In this document: positions 41,661 through 52,395 of the stretch, piece after piece
Layout: every line of letters begins with the position of its first letter
Position numbering within the stretch: the first letter of the stretch is position 1
Assembly: GCA_016840085.1 (NCBI GenBank)
Contig: JAEOTA010000086.1
Span: forward strand, 137,130 to 201,129
Reading direction: 5' to 3'
Origin: Promethearchaeota archaeon
GTDB lineage: Archaea; Asgardarchaeota; Lokiarchaeia; Sigyniarchaeales; SOKP01
DNA length: 64,000 nt
Translations under genes and position numbers: made by a program
The notes under the pieces: model-generated
Databases searched by the model: none
What the model was told of the DNA's origin: nothing
Seen by the model: only the letters and a program-made list of their open reading frames with translations

Positions 41661-42635
41661 ATGCCTGAAAGTGGGACTATTTTATATGATTTAAATACAG
41701 TATTTATTCCATGTCGAACTGTGTTGGAAATAGAGGCATTGACTTCTTTATTTTTAGAGTATTATAACTATGATGAAATTAAAGAGTTACCCCAAAGTCA
41801 GCCAACAAGTCAAAAACTTATAGAAAAATTTCGAGTAATCGAATGTGAACCCCTTGAACACATTATTGCATATTTTATAGATGTTGTTGTAAACAAATTA
41901 AAACCCATTGTTATGTATGAGAGAGATCATCATGATAGATTTAGAATGGGTAATGTGGAAGCTTATACTAAGACAAGATTATGTTTATTTTTTGCATTAC
42001 ATCGATTAAAGTTAAAATTTTTAGTCATAAAGAATTTTATGGATAAATTCAAAAAAAATACTTATAAATTAGATCTCTCAAAAAACCAAGAAAATCTGGG
42101 GATTCATACATTTCTTTCTGCTTTTTATAGGGATTACTATAAAAAGAATAAAATGAATCTTAAATTAATGCTATCTTCAAAAAGAATGTCAGAAAGAGTT
42201 AGTGAATTAATGGATACTTCAAATACTATTACTAATGAAGATATTATTAATGCTATAACATTTAAGAAATTTTTAGATGATAAAAATAGAATCAAGTTTA
42301 TCATGAAAGAAATTAAGGCATCTCTATTTGTGTGTAGAATAATGTTTGCAAAAATGGATGTATATAATCCATTCACTATAGGAAAAGAAACTATGATTGA
42401 TGCAGAAGAAATGATGATTAGCCAAGATTTTATTCCTGAGCTAATTCCCGCAATATCAAGATGTTATGCAGAGGGTATTATGACCCAACTTGAAGACTGC
42501 TTCAGAGCATATGAATTTATGATGAATAGAGTTTTAGAAGGGATCAACTACGCAGTCGAAATAGCATCTGGAGGACAGATTACTCTTGATTTAGATACAA
42601 CTATATATAATACTGGAAATATCTTTGAAATTTAA
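41661..42635 (+). CDS. Hypothetical protein (324 aa)
   Basis: Long ORF with a strong AGGAGG Shine-Dalgarno; no motif recognised. Confidence 0.8.
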   Translation: MPESGTILYDLNTVFIPCRTVLEIEALTSLFLEYYNYDEIKELPQSQPTSQKLIEKFRVIECEPLEHIIAYFIDVVVNKLKPIVMYERDHHDRFRMGNVEAYTKTRLCLFFALHRLKLKFLVIKNFMDKFKKNTYKLDLSKNQENLGIHTFLSAFYRDYYKKNKMNLKLMLSSKRMSERVSELMDTSNTITNEDIINAITFKKFLDDKNRIKFIMKEIKASLFVCRIMFAKMDVYNPFTIGKETMIDAEEMMISQDFIPELIPAISRCYAEGIMTQLEDCFRAYEFMMNRVLEGINYAVEIASGGQITLDLDTTIYNTGNIFEI

Positions 42636-42720
42636 TGTTTCACTCTTTATTTTGTTAGTACAAAAAAGTAAGTCTCTTCCTTTCTAAAACCATAAATTTA
42701 AACAATAATTTCAGAATTTA

Positions 42721-44007
42721 ATGAGATTTAGATTATTTAAAATAGATGAAAGTCGATTTTCGCACGATTATAATCAAATGTTAAAGATTATTATATTAAA
42801 TAGTCTAGGTTTCTTTTTTATCGGATTTTGGATTCCCATTGTTGCACGAATGAATATGGGTGCATCTGCTTTTCAAATTAGTCTTGTTGTAATATCTAAT
42901 GTTATAGGTCGAATGATAAGCGGTTTTATTACAGGTTTTATCACTGATCGAATCAAATCAAGAACCTCACTCGTTTTAATAGGTTCATTTGGAAGGACAA
43001 TTTCTTATTTTATTATTTATGCGGCTTTTATTATAAATCAAATTTTTCTTTTAGGGATAGGGTATTTTACCTTGGGATTTATGGCAGGAGTATTTTGGAT
43101 CCCTTTCAATATTTTTGTAGCAGAGAAATCAAGTAAAGATCATCGTTCTCAAGCTTATGGAAAGAGAGATTCCACTAATGCGATAGGTCAAATTATTGGA
43201 GCCGTATTTGGATTTACTCTCTTGATGATTGCAAGTGTTTATACAGATAATCCTTTCATTATTTATATCGCCATTCCAATTTACGGGATCTCAAATATTG
43301 TAGCAGGAATTATTTTTTATCGAAGAGTAGACGAATCAATTAAATTTTCAGAATTCACGAATGTTAATTCAGATGAAACAACTGAAAAGAGAAAAGTATT
43401 AACGTCTATATCAATGTTTATTGGTGCTATCTTTTTGATTTCTGTTCTCTTTTTAGGTAGTATTAATGCGAACATAGCTAGACCTTTTTTAAACATTTAT
43501 ATTATTGAAAACATTGAAAGTAATTTAAATTTAGTTGTTTGGGCATATCTCCCAGCAGGTCTTCTAGCGACTCTTTTAGCCCCTAAATTAGGTGCTTTTG
43601 TCGATAAGCTCCCACCGTTAGTAGGTATCACAATAACAAGTTCATTAGGAGCTTTAATGACTTGGTTATTAATTAATTCGGCTAACATATGGATTTTTTC
43701 ACTTCTTTTATTATTTGATTTAGCTATTGGAATGTCTGCAGGCTTGATTTTTCAAAACTTAGTAAGCAGAATTTCAACTGAACATAGAGGTAAGATTTTT
43801 GGAATAGGTGATTTTTTTGCTTTTTTAGGAAGCGTAATCGGTCCGCTTGTAGGAGGTATAGTATGGGATATTATAAGCCCTCAATTTCCATTTATAATAT
43901 CAATTTTTGTAGAATTATCGTTGATTCCATTATATTTAGCTGCAGTATACCTTTTAATGCCACATTTAGCGGAAACTTATGACATAGAAAAAAAAAGTAA
44001 GGATTAA
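42721..44007 (+). CDS. MFS transporter
   Basis: About 12 TM segments; GFITDR motif A, HRGKIFG, GPLVGG. Confidence 0.9.
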   Translation: MRFRLFKIDESRFSHDYNQMLKIIILNSLGFFFIGFWIPIVARMNMGASAFQISLVVISNVIGRMISGFITGFITDRIKSRTSLVLIGSFGRTISYFIIYAAFIINQIFLLGIGYFTLGFMAGVFWIPFNIFVAEKSSKDHRSQAYGKRDSTNAIGQIIGAVFGFTLLMIASVYTDNPFIIYIAIPIYGISNIVAGIIFYRRVDESIKFSEFTNVNSDETTEKRKVLTSISMFIGAIFLISVLFLGSINANIARPFLNIYIIENIESNLNLVVWAYLPAGLLATLLAPKLGAFVDKLPPLVGITITSSLGALMTWLLINSANIWIFSLLLLFDLAIGMSAGLIFQNLVSRISTEHRGKIFGIGDFFAFLGSVIGPLVGGIVWDIISPQFPFIISIFVELSLIPLYLAAVYLLMPHLAETYDIEKKSKD

Positions 44008-44035
44008 AAATTTAAAATATTTAATATTTTTCAAT

Positions 44036-45151
44036 TTATAGGTTTTTATTTTGTAAAGTTGTTTCTGCCCTTTCAATTTTTTTCTTGCTAAAATCCTTTA
44101 CTTTTTCTAATATTTCTGATTTTTTAGCTGCTGTGTTAAATTCAGCAGGTTCTTGGATATAACCTTTATTTAAGGCGTTTTTATAGATCTTTTCTCCTAT
44201 TTTGGTCCGAATTATTGTTGTGGTAAGTTTTTCTTCAGATCCAAGACCTCCAAAAGAGATATCCGCATAAATATTTGAAAAATCTGAGCATGCAAAACAA
44301 GCAGGCCGGGCTATCTCCTTTAAATCTGAAAATTCTATGTGTAATGCATCTTTATTTTTAAAGTATAAGATAAGATCCTCTCGAATGTTCATACTTTCTA
44401 CATCTTCAAATTTAAAATTGAATTTCTCCTCCAGTTTTTTCCTATCTTCATCGTTAAATGAAAAGTTTAGATAACAAAATAAACCTAAGGTATACTTAAC
44501 AATATGTGCGGGAAGTATACTTAACTCTTGCATTTTTCTAATTGAGTTTATTTGGCAAGGTGTCCCAACAACAGCTATATTTAGTAAGTCTGGCCCCATT
44601 ACTTTTTTTAATGCTATATTGGTAGCAATGAAAGTGTTATACTTTTCCAATCCAACTACTTGGCTGGAGAAATCATAATGAGAACCTGCAGCTTCTACTA
44701 ATTCTTCATTAGTTGTCGCAAAAAAAGATATACGATTAAACGGACCTTTTCTTTTGCAGACAATTGCCCCATCTATTAATTTATTATCTAATAAATAACC
44801 TAAAATAGCAGTAACCGCTCCACCATCAGTTGCTCTATTTCGAATTTCTTCAGAAGTAGCATGACATGAAGTAATTTTTATCTGGTTCCCAAGAGGTGGT
44901 CCATATTTGAATTTTTTATTTAATTGGTCGTTTAATACATGCGTTTGCGGACAGATAAAATAACATATACCGCATTTAAGACATTTATCTTCGTTAACAT
45001 ATTTAGGAGGTCCTGATTCTGACATTTCAATAGCTTTTAATTCTCCAGCTGAACAAAAACTAACACATCCTCCACATTCTCCACAAAGTCCTGGTTCATG
45101 AACTTCTTTTATTAAATCTTCAAATGTCTTTATGATTTCACTTTTAGCCAA
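44036..45151 (-). CDS. FrhB/FpoF-like F420-interacting flavoprotein with an N-terminal 2x[4Fe-4S] domain
   Basis: CGECGGC...CLKCGICYFICP, DGGAVT, VGTPCQ, GLFC, CFACSDF, ADISFG. Confidence 0.88.
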   Translation of the reverse strand: MAKSEIIKTFEDLIKEVHEPGLCGECGGCVSFCSAGELKAIEMSESGPPKYVNEDKCLKCGICYFICPQTHVLNDQLNKKFKYGPPLGNQIKITSCHATSEEIRNRATDGGAVTAILGYLLDNKLIDGAIVCKRKGPFNRISFFATTNEELVEAAGSHYDFSSQVVGLEKYNTFIATNIALKKVMGPDLLNIAVVGTPCQINSIRKMQELSILPAHIVKYTLGLFCYLNFSFNDEDRKKLEEKFNFKFEDVESMNIREDLILYFKNKDALHIEFSDLKEIARPACFACSDFSNIYADISFGGLGSEEKLTTTIIRTKIGEKIYKNALNKGYIQEPAEFNTAAKKSEILEKVKDFSKKKIERAETTLQNKNL

Positions 45152-45201
45152 TTATTTTCACCTATTTTTTACTTAAAATTTAAAAAAATTCTTTTATTAA
45201 T

Positions 45202-46041
45202 TTAATATTCATCTGGTAATTCCTTAAGTTCGGCAAGAGAAAAAACAGGACCATCAACGCACACAAATTTATTCCCGATATTACATCTTCCACATTTTCC
45301 AATTCCGCACTTCATTCGCATTTCTAAAGAGTTTAAAATTTGTTCATCTTTCCAGTTTAATTCTTCTAGAACATTGATTGTTGTTTTAATCATTATTGGC
45401 GGTCCACAGACGACCGAGATAGCATTATCGGCACTTGGTGCCACTTTTTTAACAATAGGCGCAACAAATCCTACTTCTTCAATCCATCCCTCCGCTTCAC
45501 GATCAATAGTTAACACAACTTTAATATCGTCTCGTTTTTTCCATTCATCTAACACATCTGTATATAATACCTCACCAGGATCCCGGTTTCCGTAGATTAC
45601 AGTGATATCTCCATAATCTTTTCTATGCTTCTCATCGAGCAAATAGATTACTAGAGATCGTAATGTAGAAAATGCGAAGCCTCCGCCAATTACTATAATA
45701 TTTTTGCCCTTCATCTTCTCAACCGGCCAACCATTCCCACAGGGACCTCTAACTCCAACAGTATCACCAATTTCACAATTGTGAAATCCGGAGGTTACCG
45801 TTCCCATCTTTTTTATTGTAAATTTTATAGTACCTTCTTCTGTAGGGGATGAAGCAATTCCTATAGGACATTCTCCTTTTCCTATTAGACTAATTTCAGC
45901 AAATTGCCCTGGAATATAATTAAATTTCTTGTATTCTTCTTCTCTTTTAAACTCTAACTCGAAAGTTTTAATATCATTAACCTTATTTTCTGATGCTATC
46001 GATTTAACTTTAGTAAGATATGGTATATAAGGATTAGGCAA
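45202..46041 (-). CDS. FAD/NAD-binding [2Fe-2S] subunit (FlxA/AsrB/HydG-like)
   Basis: PGQF, VRGP.GNG, GGG, CGPP, MKCGIGKCGRC...CVDGPVF. Confidence 0.9.
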   Translation of the reverse strand: MPNPYIPYLTKVKSIASENKVNDIKTFELEFKREEEYKKFNYIPGQFAEISLIGKGECPIGIASSPTEEGTIKFTIKKMGTVTSGFHNCEIGDTVGVRGPCGNGWPVEKMKGKNIIVIGGGFAFSTLRSLVIYLLDEKHRKDYGDITVIYGNRDPGEVLYTDVLDEWKKRDDIKVVLTIDREAEGWIEEVGFVAPIVKKVAPSADNAISVVCGPPIMIKTTINVLEELNWKDEQILNSLEMRMKCGIGKCGRCNIGNKFVCVDGPVFSLAELKELPDEY

Positions 46042-47107
46042 CTACTTTCTCACCTTCTTTTTTTTCAATTTTAGTTACTTTATCTAATATTACTCGAAGA
46101 TCATTATTAGCAGGGCATACAATAATACATCTACCACATCCAACACAGCCCAACAAACCATAGTTTATTGGATAATAACTAAATTTATGCATGATACGAT
46201 TTCGACATCGTTCTATTTTAGTCGGACGAGGATTGTGTCCACTGGTTTCAAGTGTGTAATAACATGATTGACATGTATCCCAAATTCTAATTCTTCTACC
46301 TCGATTATTATATTGATCTGTTTCATCTATCACGTCGAAACATGTACAGGTTGGGCATAAATAGGCACAAGAACCGCATCCTATACAAGATTCACTGATC
46401 TCTTCCCATATAGGGTGGTCAAAAGATGTTTCTAAGTTTTTTACGATTTTATCAGCGTCTATCTTAGTAACTATTGATTCTTCTGCTTGTTTAGCTATTT
46501 CTTCCGCTTTCTTCACATCTTTTTCGGTAGCATTCGAAAGCCAGGATAATTTCTTTACTAGGTCTTTGCCTTTATCATTAATGCTTTCAACTAAATATGT
46601 TTCACCTAAATCTGTTAAAAATACATCCATATTATCCTTTTTGAAAGGATTTCCGCCTACGGATGTACAAAAACATGTAGTTCTTGGAGTATTACATCCA
46701 ATACCTATGAGTGTTGTATTCTCTTTTTTCTTTAAATAGATCTCATCCTTCCAGTCTCCGTGAAATGAAAAGAAATTAGCAAACAATTCAAAACTGTAAG
46801 CATCACATGGTCTAATTCCAAATATCAAGATTTTTTGGTCCAGATCCTGTCTATCAGTAATTTCTACATCTTTTTCGTCTAAAGAATATTCAAATAATAC
46901 TTCTTCTTGAGGAAATAAAACTGATTTTGGTGGAATCTTTGAATTCAGGTAATCAAGGACAATATCATCAGGATTTTCGATCTTCTCGAAAACTATGTTT
47001 CCCTTTTTATTAATCGGGGCAAAAAAGTTATAGTCACTCACTAGTTCGTTATATAATTTTCCAATTTGGTCTTTCTTTAATATTTTTTGATCCATTTTTT
47101 TATTCAC
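46034..47107 (-). CDS. 4Fe-4S dicluster subunit (FlxB/AsrA/HydB-like)
   Basis: GIRPCD, CFC, CIGCGSCAYLCPTCTCF, WDTC, CVGCGRCIIVCP. Confidence 0.88.
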   Translation of the reverse strand: MNKKMDQKILKKDQIGKLYNELVSDYNFFAPINKKGNIVFEKIENPDDIVLDYLNSKIPPKSVLFPQEEVLFEYSLDEKDVEITDRQDLDQKILIFGIRPCDAYSFELFANFFSFHGDWKDEIYLKKKENTTLIGIGCNTPRTTCFCTSVGGNPFKKDNMDVFLTDLGETYLVESINDKGKDLVKKLSWLSNATEKDVKKAEEIAKQAEESIVTKIDADKIVKNLETSFDHPIWEEISESCIGCGSCAYLCPTCTCFDVIDETDQYNNRGRRIRIWDTCQSCYYTLETSGHNPRPTKIERCRNRIMHKFSYYPINYGLLGCVGCGRCIIVCPANNDLRVILDKVTKIEKKEGEKVVA

Positions 47108-47112
47108 CTTTT

Positions 47113-48123
47113 TTAATCTTCCTCTAACATAAATTCTTGTGCATCCTCCATCTTGAAATCCATCATTGGGGGAAGGGTTTCTGCGTTAAGACCTGACGTG
47201 TAATCAAATCGTTCTTTCACAATTTTTTCCAATTTCCTATTGATAAAATTCAGGTCAATACCAACTGGACATACTGATGAACACGCCCCACACGCCACAC
47301 ATCTCCCTGCTAAATGCATTGAGCGAACTAAATGAAATACAAGTATATCGTTAAATTCAGTAGTTTTGTTAAACCATATAGGTGCATTTTGATCTACAAA
47401 ACAGAGATTGCAATAACACATAGGACAAGCCTGGCGACAACTATAACATAAAGTACACACTTCTAAAGTATCTTTAATATATGCCCATTTCTCAGCAGTA
47501 GATTTCGATTCATAATCATCAATATCTGTAAATTCATCATGTATAGATTCTAATTCTTGACATTCACCTACACATGTCTTCTCTGGTGCAGAAGGGGATT
47601 TTATTTTACAAACTTTGCATAATTCGTTAATATACTGATCATAAGGAAATTTCTTCTCCCAATCCTTTCCCTTTACAATAATATCGTTCCCAGATATAGA
47701 TACATCAAGAATCTCTTTTTCCCCAATTTTCATATCTATTTTACTTTTGTTAACATTTCCATTGCAATTAATCCCTATCATCTTGATATTTTCTAGATTA
47801 ACTTGCTTCTCCACCGCTAAAAGGTTTATTGCCCTAGCAACACAACCTTTAGCAACAATCCCAATTCTCAAAGATTTTCCCTCAGAATCACAAAGCTGGG
47901 GCATTAAGGGGGCTAAATATCTAGCTAAATTAATATAGCACAAATTATTCCAAATTAACCTGTCTACATCTTCTACTTTCCTAATAATAACTGGAGTAGA
48001 ACTTAAAGGTACAGAACCTTCAGCATATCCAAGGATTACATCTACTTGATTTTCATTGAATAATTTTTTAGCCAATTCTCTTATTGAATTTTCAATTTCT
48101 TTGTTTTCTATCTCAATACTCAT
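47113..48123 (-). CDS. Fe-S subunit (FlxC/FdhB-like)
   Basis: KGC, CKVC, CTLCYSCRQACPMCYC, HLAGRCVACGACSSVCP. Confidence 0.85.
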   Translation of the reverse strand: MSIEIENKEIENSIRELAKKLFNENQVDVILGYAEGSVPLSSTPVIIRKVEDVDRLIWNNLCYINLARYLAPLMPQLCDSEGKSLRIGIVAKGCVARAINLLAVEKQVNLENIKMIGINCNGNVNKSKIDMKIGEKEILDVSISGNDIIVKGKDWEKKFPYDQYINELCKVCKIKSPSAPEKTCVGECQELESIHDEFTDIDDYESKSTAEKWAYIKDTLEVCTLCYSCRQACPMCYCNLCFVDQNAPIWFNKTTEFNDILVFHLVRSMHLAGRCVACGACSSVCPVGIDLNFINRKLEKIVKERFDYTSGLNAETLPPMMDFKMEDAQEFMLEED

Positions 48124-48127
48124 TTTA

Positions 48128-48580
48128 TTACCACTCTCTTTGAAATTTTTTATTTGGTCCCAATTCTTTTACTATTTTTGTAGCCTTCTTTACTAGGTTT
48201 GCAAATCGCTCTCCTTCAGCAGCAGAAGCCCACATAAAATTAACCCTCCCGGGTTCAATCCCAAAGAATTCCAAAATTTCTTTCAGCATTGCAAAACGTC
48301 TTCGCGCTACTAAGTTTCCACTAATATAATGACAATCACCAGGATGACACCCTGAAACAATAACACCGTCCCACCCATCTATTAAACTCTTTATAATAAA
48401 ATAGGGATTGACCCTTCCAGAACAGGGAACTCTCACGATTCTGATACTTGGTGGATATTGGATTCTACTTACTCCAGCTAAATCTGCTCCGGCATAAGAA
48501 CACCAATTACATAAGAAAGCAATGATCTTTGGTTCCCATTTCTCATCTATTTTTTTTTCTTCCAAAACTGTTTCTGTCAT
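48128..48580 (-). CDS. mvhD: MvhD/FlxD [2Fe-2S] subunit
   Basis: FLCNWCSYAGAD, VPCSGR, GCHPGDCHY. Confidence 0.93.
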   Translation of the reverse strand: MTETVLEEKKIDEKWEPKIIAFLCNWCSYAGADLAGVSRIQYPPSIRIVRVPCSGRVNPYFIIKSLIDGWDGVIVSGCHPGDCHYISGNLVARRRFAMLKEILEFFGIEPGRVNFMWASAAEGERFANLVKKATKIVKELGPNKKFQREW

Positions 48581-48601
48581 TTCTTTAAAACCTCATTATT
48601 G

Positions 48602-51600
48602 TTATATTCTTGCAGTGATCATCGAATAAATCTGTTCGGCTGTAAAGCCTAAAATATCAATGGCACTACATCGACAATTCCCACTACAAGCTCCGCAACC
48701 TTTACAAAGGGCTTGATTAATTGACGCTACTATCCCAAATCTTCTATTATCTATTAACTCTATCGCATTATAAGCACAATTCTCTATGCACATACCACAT
48801 CCGATACAACGAGACATATTAATTACTGCTGTTTTACCTTCTGCTTCAATTTCATCTTTAGAGAGAATTGTGCAAGCTCTTGAAACTGCAGCATTAGCTT
48901 GTGATATCGAATCTTCTATAGTTTTTGGACAGTGTGCTAATCCTGCAACAAACACTCCTTCAGTTGCAAAATCAACTGGACGAAGCTTAACGTGGGCTTC
49001 TAAATAAAAATTATCATCATTTAAAGGAACTTTTAACATTTTAGCAAGTTCTTCATTTTCCTCGTACGATGCAACTATACCTGCACTTAATACTAATAAA
49101 TCTGTAGGGATTGATAAATTTCCTGCTTTTGGAGTTTTAACTTTTACGTTTAATGATGAATCCTCTGAAATTATTTCAGGTGGATTGTTTTCATCATATC
49201 GGAGGAAAATGACTCCTGCTTCTCTTGCTTTTCTATAATATTTTTCTTTAAATCCATATGTTCTAATATCTCGAAATAGAATAGTAACTTCTGTTGATGG
49301 ATTTAACTTTTTAACTAACAATGCGTTTTTTATAGCTTCTGCACAACACATTTTGCTACAATATGGATGTTCGTCATTTCTTGAACCCACGCATTGAATC
49401 ATAACAACTGATTTTTTATTTTTAATAACACTATCTGTATTTAATAATTCTTCGAACTCGGATTGCAAAATAACATTTTTATTTTGCCCATAAAGAAATT
49501 CTTTTGGTTTATATTCTTTTGCTCCTGTAGCTAAGATGACAACTCCATGCTCAAATTCAGCTTTTTCCTTTTTGGAGCCATGAATAACTGTAGTTTTAAA
49601 GTTACCAATATATCCATCTAGACTTTCTATTTCAGCATTAGTATATAAATGAATAAATTTGTTGGATTTAATCTTTTCAATTAAGTCTTTTAAATAAGCT
49701 TGAACATCTCCTCCTTCAAGAGTATGATATATTTTTCTTGCAAAACCTCCTAATTCTGCTGCTTTTTCAACTAAATAAGTCTCAATTTCTTGACTAGCAA
49801 AGTTAAGAGCGGCGACCATACCACTTATTCCTCCACCTATTACCATTGCCTTCCTTGTCACACCTAGCTTTATTCTTTCTATAGGTATTAATCGCCTAGC
49901 TTTATTAACAGCCATTCTTACAAGGTCTTTTGCTTTTTGAGTAGCCTCCTTAGGTTGGTTCATGTGAACCCAAGAACATTGATCACGGATATTTGCCATT
50001 TGAAATAGATATCGATTTAAACCTGCTTCTCTAATAGTTTCTTGGAATAGAGGTTCATGAGTTCGAGGAGTACATGATGCAACAATAACTCGATTAAGAT
50101 GATATTCTTCTATTTTTTCTTTTATTATCCCTTGAGTATCAGCAGAACATGTATATAAATTTCGATCTGCCATAACAACATTTGGAAGCGTACCTGCATA
50201 TCTAGTTACCTCTGGAACATCTACATACCCACCTATATTTATACCACAGTGGCAAATAAATACTCCGATACGCGGTGGCTGTCCTGCCACAAAAATTTCT
50301 GGAGGTAATGTCTTTTCTGTTATTAAGGTGCCTCTCGATTCATATAAGAGCTGATCAACACAGCCAGCAGCCGCACTCGCCTGAGTGACAGTCTCAGGAA
50401 TATCTTTAGGTTGAGAAAAAGCGCCACATGCAAATATTCCCAGTCTTGAGGTTTGTACTGGATTAAAAATATCGGTTTTTGCAAAACCAAATTCATTTAA
50501 TTCGATCCCAAATTTTTGAGCAAGGTATTTAGCATCATCGGGAGGATTTAATCCAACACTCAAAACTACCATATTATAGTCTTCTTCAATAACTTTCCCA
50601 TCTTCTGTTTCATAGCGGAGTCTTAAATCTTTTGTCTCAGGAACTTCTGTTACTGAAGATATTCTACTTCTAATATATCGGATACCATATTCTTCTTGAG
50701 CTCTAATAATATATTTATCAAAATCTTTCCCATACGCCCTTATGTCCATGCTGAAAATGGTAGGTTTTACTTCATGCTGATGTTCATGAGCAATTACCGC
50801 CTCCTTCGCTGTATACATACAACACACTGAAGAACAATATGGTTGTCCCTCTCCCGTATAGTCTCGAGATCCTATGCATTGAAGGAAAGCCAGCTTCTCT
50901 GGAATATCCCCATCAGAAGGTCTGAGAACTCTTCCAGCATATGGACCACTTGCGCTTAATATTCGTTCAAATTCAATACTGGTTACTACATTCTTATATT
51001 TACCATAACCAAATTTGTTAGCTTCTTGAGGGACAAATTCATCAAAACCAGGAGCAAGAACAATTGCTCCCACATTAATATTTACTTCTTCATCTTCTCG
51101 ATCATATTCTACTGCTTTTGCTTTACATACACCTGCGCACACTCCGCATCCTATACAATAATCCTTATTGATTGCATATACGAGTGGAACTGCCTGTGGA
51201 TATTTTACAGATGTGGCAGCATATCGAGCTAATCCCTCATTGAATAAATCAATTGCCTCAACTGGGCAATTTCGTCCACAAACACCGCAACCAGTGCATA
51301 TATCTGGATTTATAAATAGAGAATTCTTTTTCACCTTAACTGTGTAATTTCCTGCTTCTCCTGAGACATCTAAAATCTTACAATTGATACTCAAATCAAT
51401 ATTTTGATGACGTCCCGTTTCCACTAACTTTGGACTTACTATACACATTGCACAATCATTAGTCGGAAACGTTTTATCTAATTGTGCCATAACACCGCCA
51501 ATACTGGTTGTTGATTCGATTAAATAGACTTTAAAACCTGAATCTCCCAGATCGAGCGCTGTTTGGGACCCCCCGATTCCAGCGCCTACAACCATTACTG

Positions 51601-51616
51601 CTCCTACTTTTTCCAT
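48602..51616 (-). CDS. hdrA: Large heterodisulfide reductase subunit A (two FAD modules)
   Basis: GAGIGG, QLDKTFPTNDC, CIGSRD, YCSSVCC, GVFICHCG, SCTPRTH, NIRDQCSW, GGGISG, EAHVKLRP, C-terminal ferredoxin. Confidence 0.95.
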   Translation of the reverse strand: MEKVGAVMVVGAGIGGSQTALDLGDSGFKVYLIESTTSIGGVMAQLDKTFPTNDCAMCIVSPKLVETGRHQNIDLSINCKILDVSGEAGNYTVKVKKNSLFINPDICTGCGVCGRNCPVEAIDLFNEGLARYAATSVKYPQAVPLVYAINKDYCIGCGVCAGVCKAKAVEYDREDEEVNINVGAIVLAPGFDEFVPQEANKFGYGKYKNVVTSIEFERILSASGPYAGRVLRPSDGDIPEKLAFLQCIGSRDYTGEGQPYCSSVCCMYTAKEAVIAHEHQHEVKPTIFSMDIRAYGKDFDKYIIRAQEEYGIRYIRSRISSVTEVPETKDLRLRYETEDGKVIEEDYNMVVLSVGLNPPDDAKYLAQKFGIELNEFGFAKTDIFNPVQTSRLGIFACGAFSQPKDIPETVTQASAAAGCVDQLLYESRGTLITEKTLPPEIFVAGQPPRIGVFICHCGINIGGYVDVPEVTRYAGTLPNVVMADRNLYTCSADTQGIIKEKIEEYHLNRVIVASCTPRTHEPLFQETIREAGLNRYLFQMANIRDQCSWVHMNQPKEATQKAKDLVRMAVNKARRLIPIERIKLGVTRKAMVIGGGISGMVAALNFASQEIETYLVEKAAELGGFARKIYHTLEGGDVQAYLKDLIEKIKSNKFIHLYTNAEIESLDGYIGNFKTTVIHGSKKEKAEFEHGVVILATGAKEYKPKEFLYGQNKNVILQSEFEELLNTDSVIKNKKSVVMIQCVGSRNDEHPYCSKMCCAEAIKNALLVKKLNPSTEVTILFRDIRTYGFKEKYYRKAREAGVIFLRYDENNPPEIISEDSSLNVKVKTPKAGNLSIPTDLLVLSAGIVASYEENEELAKMLKVPLNDDNFYLEAHVKLRPVDFATEGVFVAGLAHCPKTIEDSISQANAAVSRACTILSKDEIEAEGKTAVINMSRCIGCGMCIENCAYNAIELIDNRRFGIVASINQALCKGCGACSGNCRCSAIDILGFTAEQIYSMITARI

Positions 51617-51628
51617 ATTTTATCCTCT

Positions 51629-52390
51629 TTATATTTTATGAAACATTGGTGTTATTCCAACCAATTCTCCGAAGTCTACTTTACCTCGACTTTTTAAAAT
51701 TACCATGTGTTCTAAAACAACACTTGGATCTATTTTTAATTCAATTGCTAAATCTTTTACGGATTTAGAATCCTTATCTAACGAAACTAAAATTCGATGT
51801 CGGTTATACTCATCTATAATTGCTGAATCGAAAATTTCATTAAATTTTTCTAGTGAAACTTTTTCACCATAGACATTTTCTTGTTCTATAATTTTTCTTT
51901 CTCTTCCTACAAGTGCTCTCATTCGATCACTTGCCGCAGCTTCTTCAATAGCCCTCAATTCCTCAAGGATTTCTTTATCTGGCTTATCTCCACCTACAGG
52001 AGATGGTCCTAGTGATTTAATATGATCAGTAAATTCCTTTACAATTGCAGCATATCGAGTACCTTCGGATGCTGATACCCAATCTAACCGTACCCTATTA
52101 TCAAAATCAATAAGTTTAAGAAATCGTGTTACCATATCAAATTTTTTCTCAGCTTCATAATTCCCTTCAAGATAATGACAATCTCCTGGATGGCATCCTA
52201 AGACAATGACTCCATCAGCTCCAACTCGGAGCGCTTCAAAAATAAACTTTGGATCAACTCTACCACTACACATAACTCTTATGACTCTAATATTAGGAGG
52301 GTACTGCATTCTACTAACTCCAGCTAAATCAGCTCCCGCATATGAGCACCAATTACATAAAAATCCTAAAATTTTTGGTTCAAAACTCAT
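51629..52390 (-). CDS. mvhD: MvhD with a C-terminal winged-helix extension
   Basis: FLCNWCSYAGAD, MCSGR, GCHPGDCHY; tail KSVKDLAIELKIDPSVVLEHMVILKSRGKV. Confidence 0.9.
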   Translation of the reverse strand: MSFEPKILGFLCNWCSYAGADLAGVSRMQYPPNIRVIRVMCSGRVDPKFIFEALRVGADGVIVLGCHPGDCHYLEGNYEAEKKFDMVTRFLKLIDFDNRVRLDWVSASEGTRYAAIVKEFTDHIKSLGPSPVGGDKPDKEILEELRAIEEAAASDRMRALVGRERKIIEQENVYGEKVSLEKFNEIFDSAIIDEYNRHRILVSLDKDSKSVKDLAIELKIDPSVVLEHMVILKSRGKVDFGELVGITPMFHKI

Positions 52391-52395
52391 AATTC

